Source of the DNA: Verrucomicrobiota bacterium
Lineage (GTDB): Bacteria > Verrucomicrobiota > Verrucomicrobiia > Limisphaerales > UBA11358
Assembly (NCBI GenBank): GCA_049522015.1
Contig: JBEKOG010000018.1
Span: 17,864 to 81,863 of the forward strand
DNA: 64,000 bases
Direction of reading: 5' to 3'
Shown here: one piece after another, positions 53,806 through 62,008 of the stretch
Layout: the number at the start of each line of letters is the position of its first letter
Numbering within the stretch: position 1 is the stretch's first letter
The notes under the pieces: model-generated
What the model saw: the letters and a program-made list of their open reading frames with translations, nothing else
Database searches by the model: none
Told to the model about the DNA's origin: nothing
Translations under genes and position numbers: made by a program

Positions 53806-54483
53806 TTATTTCCGGCGGCGGAACAGCAACAGGCTCATGCTTCCCAGACCGGCCAGCGCCAGCGTGGAGGGTTCGGGGGCTGGCGTCACCACCATCAATG
53901 ATGGATCGTAACTAGAACCCATCTGCTCCGTTGCACTAACGACAGAATATTGGTCGGCGGAATAGGTGGCACCTGGATTCAGCAGCGTCCCATATTGCCA
54001 ATCCGACGAAATTGATGCGGTGTATGTGCCGGCCAGAAAGGTGATGGTGTCACCCGGGTTAAATGCACATTCATCGTTCCAGCCAAAGCTTAATGTCAGG
54101 GCATCAGCGCCACTGGGACCGCTATGAAAACTATAGAACTGCATCAGCCCATAGGTAATCCCAATAGAGTAGGGGTCGGTAATGTCTGTAACCGTTCCGC
54201 CTTGATTCAGCTCCAAGCCTCCACCGCTTACGGACACCGGATATCCCATATAACCAAGGGTAGTGCTGGAATCCATGACATTGGCGAATGAAATGCCAAA
54301 ATCATAGGCACTGAAAGAGCCTTCTGGCCCAACAGTAATGGTGTAATCGTTCAACAGCGAAACCTGCAGGCCGGTGCTGTCGGTGGTCATGTTCAATTGT
54401 AATTGTGCCTGCCCGGACAGACACGTCAGCATTGTTATTCCTGTGATAGTCGCGAACTGCTTGAAGTTTGTTTTCATAATCAT
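53806..54483 (-). CDS. PEP-CTERM-anchored secreted protein (cargo of the integrative element)
   Basis: 225 aa with an N-terminal signal. The C-terminus TPAPEPSTLALAGLGSMSLLLFRRRK is a PEP-CTERM signal. The region looks less GC-rich than its surroundings by eye. Confidence 0.7.
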   Translation of the reverse strand: MIMKTNFKQFATITGITMLTCLSGQAQLQLNMTTDSTGLQVSLLNDYTITVGPEGSFSAYDFGISFANVMDSSTTLGYMGYPVSVSGGGLELNQGGTVTDITDPYSIGITYGLMQFYSFHSGPSGADALTLSFGWNDECAFNPGDTITFLAGTYTASISSDWQYGTLLNPGATYSADQYSVVSATEQMGSSYDPSLMVVTPAPEPSTLALAGLGSMSLLLFRRRK

Positions 54484-54803
54484 ACCCGGTTAATGCTTTG
54501 GTCAGAAAATCAGCATAGCAGATGCCACTCGTGGGTTGGGTTGGATAATTAACAAGCCGGGTAATTGATAATGTTTACATGATGATTCCGTTGCGGGCTG
54601 CCCTCCTCAGGCGGGACGGAACAAGCGGCTGCACATTATTGGGGCATTCATTGTGTCAGAGAAAGCCAAAGCATACGAAGCTCAAACGACAAAATTTCCT
54701 TCCGCTTAAGTTTTGCGATTATTCCGTATGCGGCTGGGGCACGCCCCCGACACGGCCCGGAAGTTGAAAACGGGAGTCTACGTTCAAGCGGCTGCCAATT
54801 TGC

Positions 54804-55244
54804 TCAAGCGGCCTGGGCAAACACTTTCTCTTTCGCTTTGGCCCACGCGGCTGGCGTAAACTCTTTGATCTGGGTGATTTTTACCGCTGGTAAACGCGTG
54901 AACAAATCTTTCAAATAATCAAAGGGGTTGACGCCATGCCGCCGACAATTACCCAGCAACGTGTATATCACGGCACTGCGTTCTCCGGCATCGGGATGGC
55001 CGAAAAATAAAAAGTTCCTTTTTCCGAGGGCGCTGGGCCGAATCGCGTTCTCGATCAAGTTGTTGTCGATCTCCAGCGTGCCGTCTTCCACGAACCGTAT
55101 CAGTGCCTCCCACCGTTTCAGAGTGTAATCAATCGCCTGTCCAAGCAGACCTTGCGGTAAAGTTTTTCTCCGTATCAACTCCATTGCCCGGTGCAGCCGA
55201 GTCAATACCGGTTGCGCCTGCCACCCGCCATTCAAACAGCACAT
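54804..55244 (-). pseudogene. IS66-family transposase, C-terminal fragment only
   Basis: ...AIDYTLKRWEALIRFVEDGTLEIDNNLIENAIRPSALGKRNFLFFGHPDAGERSAVIYTLLGNCRRHGVNPFDYLKDLFTRLP is the conserved IS66 C-terminal region. The DDE catalytic body is absent. Confidence 0.75.
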
Positions 55245-55310
55245 CCCCGCCAGGCCGACTGTATGTCCAAAGATACCAGCAAAAACGGGTCATGGTTTTA
55301 TGGTTTTCGA

Positions 55311-55345
55311 CTGCCAGCAAAACTGCCAGCAAAACTGCCAGCAAA
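55311..55345 (+). repeat. three tandem copies of CTGCCAGCAAAA just inside attR
   Basis: ctgccagcaaaa ctgccagcaaaa ctgccagcaaa at 55311-55345, plus a degenerate copy ataccagcaaaaa at 55274-55286. Confidence 0.8.
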
Positions 55346-55492
55346 GGTGTAATAAAAGAGTAATGCGGGAGTTGTTTTAGAGTTTTGAAGGGGTAGTTAA
55401 AAGCTTGACGAAAGCGTCAAAACCTGCGATTTATCAGGGGTTGCAGCGTAAGTTCTGCAACTTGCGTTCTGGCGGGGACATCGGAAGTTTGG

Positions 55493-55516
55493 TCAATTCC
55501 GCCCCCAGCCACCATC
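55493..55516 (+). repeat. attR core: right copy of the 24-bp direct repeat (orphan tRNA-Phe 3' end)
   Basis: TCAATTCCGCCCCCAGCCACCATC. No tRNA body lies upstream of it. Confidence 0.8.
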
Positions 55517-55539
55517 CTACGCTCTCCGCTATGCTGCGA

Positions 55540-55699
55540 GCTACGGATGGCAGGCCAGCCTTCTGAAGCGGGGGAACGCAGACCGGGCTATGAGCGCTTA
55601 AACAAAAAAGACGCTCCGAGCTTCGACCCGGCAAGCGGGTCAATCATTCATAGCGAGGACTTTCCTGCTACGAATTCCGGGCTACGGATGGCAGGCCAG
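55540..55699 (+). repeat. two direct copies of the GCTACGGATGGCAGGCCAG REP-type motif
   Basis: Copies at 55540-55558 and 55681-55699 (the second extends as CCGGGCTACGGATGGCAGGCCAG from 55677). An inverted copy lies at 58040-58062. Confidence 0.7.
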
Positions 55700-55753
55700 T
55701 TAAATTTTAGGATTTCGGATTTTATGTTTTGGCTCTAGGGTTTTGCCAGACGC

Positions 55754-56920
55754 TTGAAAACGCTGCACAAATATCTGACCGGCCAGGTGCTCGCCTCGTT
55801 GGTGCTGACGGTGGCAGTGTTCACCTTTGTGCTGTTGCTCGGCAATGTCATCAAGGAGATTTTGAGCCTGCTCATCAACGGTCAGGCGCGTCCCGGCATT
55901 GTCTTCCAGGCCATCGGCCTGTTGATTCCTTTTGTATGGGTCTTTGCGCTGCCCATGGGTTTGCTGACGGCGACGCTGCTGGTGTTCGGCCGTTTCAGCG
56001 CGGATCAGGAACTCACCGCCGCGCGCGCCAGCGGCGTCAGCCTGCTTTCGCTCATCACGCCCACTTTGTTGTTAAGTCTTTTCTGCTGCGGGCTCAGCGC
56101 CTGGATCAACACGAACCTCGGCCCGCGTTCACGGGTGGCCTACAAGAATTTGCTTTTCCAGGTCCGGGCTGAACTGGTGAACGCCCAACTGCCTGAAGGC
56201 CGGTTTATTCATGATTTTCCGGGCTACATTTTTTACACGGAAAAAAATCGCGGCGGCAATTTGCAAGGCGTGATGATCTTCAAGCTCGAAAATGAGACCA
56301 ACGTGGAAACAACTTTGCGCGCGCCGCGGGGTCGGTTCGAAACCGACGTGGCGAACAAACAACTGATTTTACACTTGTTCGACGCCCGCACCGTGACGTT
56401 ATCTGGACCACGGGTGGGAATCACCGCATCCCCGGAAATGACATTGAATTTCGACCTGAACACGGCGACGAACCAGCCGGGAAAACCCAAAGTCAGCGAC
56501 ATGACGTTCTGGCAATTGCGGGATGAACTGCGCGATTTGGAGCGGCGAATCGGCCTGCCGCCGGAGGCCACCCTGACCTCCGATGAATTGCGCGCCCAAG
56601 CCCGGGAATTTGACCGACAGCGAAACGATTTGACCGAGCCGATTCGCGTGGAGATGAACCGGGAGATCTCGTTTTCGTTTGCGTGTTTTGGCTTCACGCT
56701 CGTCGGAATTCCTCTCGGCATTCGCATGCACCGGCGCGAGACGAATGTTGGCGTCGCCATCGCGCTTTTGCTCGTGCTGGTTTATTACAGCTTCATCATT
56801 GCCGGCGAACAGTTGTCCGGACGGCCTGAGCTGGTGCCGCATTTGATTCTCTGGCTGCCGAATTTTATCTTTCAAGCCGTCGGCGCCGTGCTGCTGTGGC
56901 GCGCGAATCGCGGAATTTGA
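55754..56920 (+). CDS. LptF/LptG-family LPS export permease
   Basis: TTG-initiated 388 aa. (M)[35 protein letters not shown] has the typical YjgP/YjgQ topology with a central periplasmic domain. Confidence 0.7.
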   Translation: MKTLHKYLTGQVLASLVLTVAVFTFVLLLGNVIKEILSLLINGQARPGIVFQAIGLLIPFVWVFALPMGLLTATLLVFGRFSADQELTAARASGVSLLSLITPTLLLSLFCCGLSAWINTNLGPRSRVAYKNLLFQVRAELVNAQLPEGRFIHDFPGYIFYTEKNRGGNLQGVMIFKLENETNVETTLRAPRGRFETDVANKQLILHLFDARTVTLSGPRVGITASPEMTLNFDLNTATNQPGKPKVSDMTFWQLRDELRDLERRIGLPPEATLTSDELRAQAREFDRQRNDLTEPIRVEMNREISFSFACFGFTLVGIPLGIRMHRRETNVGVAIALLLVLVYYSFIIAGEQLSGRPELVPHLILWLPNFIFQAVGAVLLWRANRGI

Positions 56921-57165
56921 GGATAACATCAAACAAAAATCAGCGGGGCGTATCCCAGCACTGTACTTGAACAAGGTCTGGCAAGGTGGCGGAGCGCGGC
57001 TTGTCCCAAGCCGCAGCACTCCCGGGAGCGCCTTGGGCTGTGAAATTTTTCTCAACCGCTTCCCGGCGGAAGCGGCGGCTGCGAGTTGAGACAACTCGCG
57101 CTCCGGGGCAGTGCCCGGTGGTGCACCCCTTCAGTGTTCGGCGTTCAATGTTGAATGTTCGATGT

Positions 57166-57975
57166 TTAATTTTTTCTTCGGTAAATTTTGTGTATCGCTG
57201 CCTGGTCAACCGGCTTGACGAGCAGTTCGTCAATGTTTACGTGCGGCGGGCGGCTGGCAACCCAGACCAAAATTTCCGCGATGTCTTCCGCCGTCAGGGG
57301 ATTTATGCCTTCGTAAACTTTTTCCGCGCGCACGGCGTCGCCTTTGAAACGCACGAGCGAAAATTCTGTTTCCGCCAGGCCGGGATCAACCGTGCTGACG
57401 CGAATACCGGTGCCGTTTAATTCCATTCGCAATGCGCGCGTGATTTGCAACTCACCTGCTTTGGCCGCGCAATACACCGCGCCGCCTTCGTAAGCCGTGT
57501 GGCCGGCAACCGAGCCGATGTTGATGATGCTCGCGCCCGCGTCGTGCGGCATCAACGGCAGCGCCGCGCGCGTCACGCGCAACACGCCGAGCACGTTCGT
57601 TTGCAGCATCGTTTCCCAATCCGCGTCCTTGCCCTCGGCGACGCTGTCCTGGCCGTGCGCGCCGCCGGCGTTGTTGATCAAAACATGCAGGCACGTCGGG
57701 CCTGGCGTCTGGCATCCGGGGTTTTGGATTTTGGATTTTGCCCAGACGATGAAGGCTTTGACACTTGGCGTATTCGTCACGTCTAATTTGTGAAAATATG
57801 CTTCCGCCGCGCCGGCCTTGCGCGCTTCGGCGGCGACTTTTTCCAAACGGTCAACGCGGCGCGCGCCGAGCAAAAGTTTTGCGCCTTCCACGCCGAACGC
57901 CCGTGCCGCCGCCGCGCCAAATCCACTCGATGCGCCGGTGATTAAAACCCATTTGTCTTTCAACAGCATTTTCAT
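57166..57975 (-). CDS. SDR-family oxidoreductase
   Basis: 269 aa with VLITGASSGFGAAAARAF (TGxxxGxG), NNAG and YCAAKAG (YxxxK). Confidence 0.8.
   Translation of the reverse strand: MKMLLKDKWVLITGASSGFGAAAARAFGVEGAKLLLGARRVDRLEKVAAEARKAGAAEAYFHKLDVTNTPSVKAFIVWAKSKIQNPGCQTPGPTCLHVLINNAGGAHGQDSVAEGKDADWETMLQTNVLGVLRVTRAALPLMPHDAGASIINIGSVAGHTAYEGGAVYCAAKAGELQITRALRMELNGTGIRVSTVDPGLAETEFSLVRFKGDAVRAEKVYEGINPLTAEDIAEILVWVASRPPHVNIDELLVKPVDQAAIHKIYRRKN
57722..57740. repeat. heptamer tandem repeat (TTTTGGA x2.7) inside the SDR CDS
   Basis: ttttgga ttttgga ttttg read at 57722-57740. Encodes KSKIQNP just upstream of the NNAG motif. Confidence 0.8.
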
Positions 57976-58039
57976 GGTTTGATGAATTTATTCGGCAGTT
58001 TTCAATGATTTAGGTGTAAAAACAGAATAATTGTCGGGG

Positions 58040-58062
58040 CTGGCCTGCCATCCGTAGCCCGG
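58040..58062 (-). repeat. inverted copy of the CCGGGCTACGGATGGCAGGCCAG REP-type motif
   Basis: ctggcctgccatccgtagcccgg at 58040-58062 is the exact reverse complement of 55677-55699. Confidence 0.75.
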
Positions 58063-58104
58063 AACTTGTGGCGGAGAGTCCTCCTCCGCCAAGGCTAAGG
58101 AGGA

Positions 58105-58156
58105 CACCATCCTACGCCCGAAACCTCCAAACGTCGGTTCCGGGCGTAGGATGGTG
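58105..58156 (-). terminator. perfect 16-bp inverted repeat abutting and overlapping the 3' end of tRNA-Ala
   Basis: CACCATCCTACGCCCG (58105-58120) pairs with CGGGCGTAGGATGGTG (58141-58156). The right arm includes the tRNA CCA end. Confidence 0.5.
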
Positions 58157-58227
58157 GAGCCGACAGGAATCGAACCTGCGACCTTCTCATTGCGAACGAG
58201 ACGCTCTGCCAACTGAGCTACGACCCC
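58152..58227 (-). tRNA. tRNA-Ala (anticodon CGC)
   Basis: Hand-folded from the reverse complement: GGGGTCG...TAGCTCAGTTGGCAGAGC...TCTCG-TTCGCAA-TGAGA...GCAGG-TTCGATT-CCTGT-CGGCTCC-A-CCA. A G3:U70 wobble pair is present, as expected for tRNA-Ala. Confidence 0.85.
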
Positions 58228-58305
58228 ATCCACGTCAGCCGCAAATAATTTTGCCAGAAAAAACGCCGTGCTGCAACCGTTAAGTAAATGTGCGAATGGC
58301 TGTAC

Positions 58306-58377
58306 GTTTGGAGTTCCGCGTTTACGCGGTCCTTGTGGCACATGAAGTCCGCGCCGCGTAAACGCGGAACTCCAAAC
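58306..58377. repeat. perfect 24-bp inverted repeat (REP-like cruciform) upstream of cdsA
   Basis: GTTTGGAGTTCCGCGTTTACGCGG (58306-58329) and CCGCGTAAACGCGGAACTCCAAAC (58354-58377). Each arm contains its own palindrome CCGCG-N4-CGCGG. Confidence 0.8.
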
Positions 58378-58447
58378 CGATCCGTGCCCGGCCTGCAATG
58401 CGATTCGGAATTGGCAATTCCTGTCGGCCCTGCTATTTTCCGGGCGC

Positions 58448-59362
58448 ATGTCCGACACGGCTGTTGTGGCCCAAACGCCCTCGAAGGCACAAGTGTTTCT
58501 CCGCCGGTTGATCACCACGGTGATTCTCTGGACGGTGATTCTTGCGGCTTTGTTTTCCGAAAACCGCCTCGTTGCCAACGGCGGGTTTGTTCTCATCATG
58601 ATATTTCTCGCGACAGCCGGGCTTGCGGAATTTTACGGACTCGTTGAAAGGCGCAATCTTGTCTGCTTCAAGTGGTGTGGTCTGCTCGGGGGTGTGTTGC
58701 TCATGGTGGGCACGTTTTTGCATTTGACCGGACATCTCGGCATTTACAACTCGCCGTCGCGCGCGAACGATTTTGAAACGGGTTTCCTCATTCTGTTCGT
58801 GCTCGGTTTGTGCGTGCGGCAATTCGTTTCGCGCAGCAACACCGCGGGCATTCTGGCCATCTCCACGACCTTGTTTGGCCTGATGTATGTGCCGTGGCTG
58901 TTGAACTTCATCCAGAAAATCAATTTCTTTCCCGGCGTGGACGGCCGGTTCTACGTCCTTTACTTCGTCCTCGTGACGAAATTCAGCGACACTGGCGCGT
59001 ATGCCGTCGGCTCGCTCATTGGCCGGCATAAAATGATTCCACGCATCAGCCCCGGCAAAACGTGGGAGGGCTTTGGCGGCGCAATTTTTCTTTCGACCGT
59101 GACGAGCCTCGTCTTTGCGCATTTTTTTGGCGATAAAATGGCGGGCATGAACTGGCGGCACGCGATGGTGCTGGGTGTTTTGCTGGGTTTGACGGCGGTC
59201 ATCGGTGACTTGATTGAATCGCTCTTCAAGCGCGAAGCGGGCGTCAAAGATTCCGGCGGACTGTTTCCCGGCATCGGCGGCATCCTCGACTTGCTGGACA
59301 GTTTGCTGTTCAATGCGCCCATCATGTATCTCTATTTGCGGCATATTCTCACGCATACATGA
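58448..59362 (+). CDS. cdsA: phosphatidate cytidylyltransferase
   Basis: 304 aa, multi-TM, with the signature KFSDTGAYAVGSLIGRHKMIPRISPGKTWEGFGGA. Confidence 0.85.
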   Translation: MSDTAVVAQTPSKAQVFLRRLITTVILWTVILAALFSENRLVANGGFVLIMIFLATAGLAEFYGLVERRNLVCFKWCGLLGGVLLMVGTFLHLTGHLGIYNSPSRANDFETGFLILFVLGLCVRQFVSRSNTAGILAISTTLFGLMYVPWLLNFIQKINFFPGVDGRFYVLYFVLVTKFSDTGAYAVGSLIGRHKMIPRISPGKTWEGFGGAIFLSTVTSLVFAHFFGDKMAGMNWRHAMVLGVLLGLTAVIGDLIESLFKREAGVKDSGGLFPGIGGILDLLDSLLFNAPIMYLYLRHILTHT

Positions 59363-59408
59363 GAAACGAACGCAGCGAAATTCTGAGGCGCCCTGAAACC
59401 GGGGGGTT

Positions 59409-59463
59409 GGAGTGTTGGAGTGTTGGAGTGTTGAATTCCAGTGCTCCATTACTCCAGTACTCC
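59409..59463. repeat. octamer tandem repeat (GGAGTGTT x3) forming an imperfect inverted repeat with downstream CTCCA-rich text
   Basis: ggagtgtt x3 at 59409-59432. The partner arm ttccagtgctccattactccagtactcc runs to 59463, centred on GAATTC. Located in the cdsA-dxr gap. Confidence 0.6.
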
Positions 59464-59480
59464 ATCTCTCCATTCCGCCG

Positions 59481-60617
59481 ATGAAAAATGTAGTTTTACT
59501 CGGTTCGACCGGCTCCATCGGCACCAGCAGTGTCAAAGTGGCCGAGGATTTGCCGGACCGCATCCGGCTGGTCGGCCTGGCCGCCGGAAACAATGCCGAA
59601 CTGTTGCTCAAACAGGCGCGCAAACACCGGCCTGAGGCCATTTCAATCAACAACCCCGAAAAGGCCGGCGACTTGGGAAAATTCTTCGGAGCGGCGACGC
59701 AGATTTATTCGGGCGATGAAGGCTTGATCAAACTCGCCACGCTGCCGGCGGCGGACATCGTGCTCATTGCCATCGTCGGCACGGCGGGATTGAAGCCCGC
59801 ACTTGCCGCGATTCGTGCGGGCAAGGACATCGCCATCGCGTCGAAGGAAATTCTGGTGATGGCCGGCGAAATCGTGATGAGCGAGGCGCGCAAACACGGC
59901 GTTCGCGTGCTCGCCGTGGACAGCGAACATTCGGCGATTTTTCAGTGTCTTGATGGCAAGCCGTCCAGTTCCGTCCGCAAACTCTGGCTGACGGCGTCCG
60001 GCGGACCGTTTCGCACCACGCCGAAGGAGGAATTTCCCGGCATCACCGTTGAGCGTGCGCTCAAACATCCGTCGTGGGTCATGGGCAAAAAAATCACCAT
60101 TGATTCAGCGACGTTATTCAACAAGGGACTGGAAATGATTGAAGCGCGCTGGCTGTTTGACATCGGCATGGAACGTGTGGGCGTGCTGGTGCATCCGCAA
60201 AGCATCGTTCACTCATTGGTGGAATTTGTGGATGGAGCGTTGCTCGCGCAGCTTTCCACGCCGGACATGTGCCTGCCGATTCAATATGCGTTGACCTACC
60301 CCGACCGTGTGCCGAGTGAGCGGGTGCAGACCAATTTTACCAGACTCGGCAGCCTGACGTTTGAGGAACCGGATGTGGAACGTTTTCCGGCGCTGAAACT
60401 CGCGCGGCGGGCAGGGGAGGTGGGCGGCACATTGCCGGCGGTGTTGAACGCGGCGAACGAAGTGGCGGTGGCGGCGTTCTTGAACCGCAAAATCAATTTT
60501 CCGCAAATCACGGAAATCGTGCGTCGTACGATGAATGCGCACAAAGTTGTGTTGCATCCGACCCTGGAACAAATTTTGGAGGCTGACGCCTGGGCGCGGC
60601 GCGAGGCGGCGAAATAA
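59481..60617 (+). CDS. dxr: 1-deoxy-D-xylulose 5-phosphate reductoisomerase
   Basis: Inside ORF 59412..60617; ATG at 59481 gives MKNVVLLGSTGSIGTSS.... Also LAVDSEHSAIFQC, NKGLEMIEA, HPQSIVHS. Confidence 0.9.
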   Translation: MKNVVLLGSTGSIGTSSVKVAEDLPDRIRLVGLAAGNNAELLLKQARKHRPEAISINNPEKAGDLGKFFGAATQIYSGDEGLIKLATLPAADIVLIAIVGTAGLKPALAAIRAGKDIAIASKEILVMAGEIVMSEARKHGVRVLAVDSEHSAIFQCLDGKPSSSVRKLWLTASGGPFRTTPKEEFPGITVERALKHPSWVMGKKITIDSATLFNKGLEMIEARWLFDIGMERVGVLVHPQSIVHSLVEFVDGALLAQLSTPDMCLPIQYALTYPDRVPSERVQTNFTRLGSLTFEEPDVERFPALKLARRAGEVGGTLPAVLNAANEVAVAAFLNRKINFPQITEIVRRTMNAHKVVLHPTLEQILEADAWARREAAK

Positions 60618-60628
60618 ACGGCTCCTTC

Positions 60629-60676
60629 CCTCAACGATTTGAAGCTTCGGTTGTGCAGCCGATCCTGATGTTAGGC
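60629..60676 (-). repeat. short attC-like site (terminal site of the putative cassette array)
   Basis: On the minus strand: (ATGCC)GCCTAAC-ATCAGGATCGGCTGCACAACCGAAGCTTCAAATC-GTTGAGG. The inverse cores are imperfectly complementary. Starts 21 nt after the stop of the small ORF and ends 11 nt from the dxr stop. Shorter than typical attC sites. Confidence 0.3.
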
Positions 60677-60700
60677 GGCATTAACGTCGAAACCATAATC

Positions 60701-60895
60701 TCATGGTGACTGACTCTGTCGGCCTGCCATCGCATTTGTGCTAATCGTAACGCTTACTGAAGGCGCGGAGTTTTCGCCCTGAATCTGGGTGCTGTGGCGA
60801 CGAATCTTGGAGCTCTGAATGGGTGGGAGCAGTAAGCCTGCTGCCAACACCAAACCGATGAAGGCTCCGAGAATGAACATATGTTTGCGACTCAT
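60701..60895 (-). CDS. small membrane protein (64 aa), putative cassette ORF
   Basis: Inside ORF 60701..60937; ATG at 60895 gives MSRKHMFILGAFIGLVLAAGLLLPP (one TM). Preceded on its strand by GTTAGCCGGCAT (60948-60937). Confidence 0.4.
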   Translation of the reverse strand: MSRKHMFILGAFIGLVLAAGLLLPPIQSSKIRRHSTQIQGENSAPSVSVTISTNAMAGRQSQSP

Positions 60896-61097
60896 ATGAT
60901 TCCTTTGACAGTGCGGTCCATAAATACTCACACGCAATGCCGGCTAACGACTACTCAAGAGGGCGTCTATATTGCATGACGACTTTTCTATATTGCCGTC
61001 GCCGGGTCAAGCCTGCGGGAACACAAAAAAACCATCAACCCCGTAAAGGGGCGTGGCCCCCACGGGGCTTTACGCTCCTCAACCCTCAACCGCACAA

Positions 61098-61253
61098 ATG
61101 AACACACCGCATCCCTATGACCTGGTCATCGGCCTGGATCGCTCCGACAAAAAGGCCGACCTGCACCTCATCACCACCGCCACCGGCCAGCGCCGGTCCC
61201 AAACCATTGACACCACTCCCGAAGCACTCTGGGACTGGCTGCGGCCCGACTGA
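61098..61253 (+). pseudogene. IS110-family transposase, N-terminal ~50-aa fragment
   Basis: MNTPHPYDLVIGLDRSDKKADLHLITTATGQRRSQTIDTTPEALWDWL resembles the N-terminus of IS110/IS1111-type DEDD transposases. The ORF stops at 61253 where attC-like sequence begins. Confidence 0.45.
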
Positions 61254-61292
61254 GTCCGAATAGGTGTTTAGCCGGATGCCCAGCGTCCGAGC

Positions 61293-61439
61293 TGCCAACT
61301 GAAATTAAGTCGGCCTGCCCGCCGTAGCCTTGGGCGAAGGCGGGAGTTCCACTTCTGAGGTCGCGAAAACGGAAAGAAAAATCTTTCCGCAAGGGAATGC
61401 TTTTTTCTATTGACCGTCCGGGCTTAATAGGTGTTAGGC
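61293..61439 (-). repeat. attC-like imperfect palindrome (site D)
   Basis: On the minus strand: GCCTAAC-ACCTATTAAG ... CTTAATTTCA-GTTGGCA (147 bp), with a central CCCGCC/GGCGGG stem. The stop codon of the Zn-ribbon ORF lies inside it. Confidence 0.4.
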
Positions 61440-61858
61440 GGCATTTGGTCATCCTTCAAACCCAACTCCTGTGCTGAATGCTTTTCCTTCAGTATCTCCC
61501 AGAACTCTTGGATCTCTTTGACTGAGTAGCCTACTTGTGAAAACACAGATTCGTTCCGATTTGGCCAGGAGTGGAGCCAATCCAGCAGAGGCCAAACTTG
61601 GAAACCGCTGGCGATGCCCTCTTTGAAGTAACATATCACGGCCTCACGGGTCGCCCGAAAATTACCGCGAGCCTTTCGCAATTGACGCAGCGTCTGGGCA
61701 AGAAACTCAATCGGGACGTCTGTCGTTCCGGCCAGTTTGTCTGCCATCTCTGGCGAAAGGAACAACAACGTGGCGGGTAGCTCAGCGCCGCAGAACGCAC
61801 AAACGTAATTTCTACGGTCGTAGATGATGCCGTTACATTTTGGGCAACGATAGCTCAT
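61424..61858 (-). CDS. hypothetical protein with N-terminal zinc-ribbon (144 aa), putative cassette ORF
   Basis: MSYRCPKCNGIIYDRRNYVCAFCGAEL contains CxxC...CxxC. The ORF fills the space between perfect 12-bp inverted repeats GTTAGGCGGCAT (61433-61444) and ATGCCGCCTAAC (61867-61878). Confidence 0.55.
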   Translation of the reverse strand: MSYRCPKCNGIIYDRRNYVCAFCGAELPATLLFLSPEMADKLAGTTDVPIEFLAQTLRQLRKARGNFRATREAVICYFKEGIASGFQVWPLLDWLHSWPNRNESVFSQVGYSVKEIQEFWEILKEKHSAQELGLKDDQMPPNTY

Positions 61859-61871
61859 AGGGCTAGATGCC

Positions 61872-61967
61872 GCCTAACGAGAGAACTGAGCGATGCGGGC
61901 GGCCCAGCGCGTCCGCATTGGCCACCAGCGTGGCCCGCCCGCCTTCGATCCAGTGATTTTGTTCGGC
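61872..61967 (-). repeat. attC-like imperfect palindrome (site A, 96 bp)
   Basis: Plus strand: GCCTAACGAGAGAACTGAGCGATGCGGGCGGCC...GGCCCGCCCGCCTTCGATCCAGTGATTTTGTTCGGC. The two halves are imperfect reverse complements along most of their length. Inverse cores are GCCTAAC / GTTCGGC. Confidence 0.5.
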
Positions 61968-62008
61968 TCGCGTGTCATACAGATCCCAATTCCGCCGTGC
62001 ACTTGGGT

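Noticed and set aside
54484-54803. IS66 terminal inverted repeat downstream of the transposase stub
   Set aside because: The expected GTAAGCG-type end in the correct orientation was not found; only CGCTTAAG occurs at about 54705, in the wrong orientation and sequence. The boundary of the IS remnant is therefore left undefined.
55430-55492. Possible second tRNA or pseudo-tRNA upstream of the attR core
   Set aside because: Only the 24-nt 3' segment matches tRNA-Phe. The preceding sequence cannot be folded into D or anticodon arms, so it is an orphan att half, not a tRNA gene.
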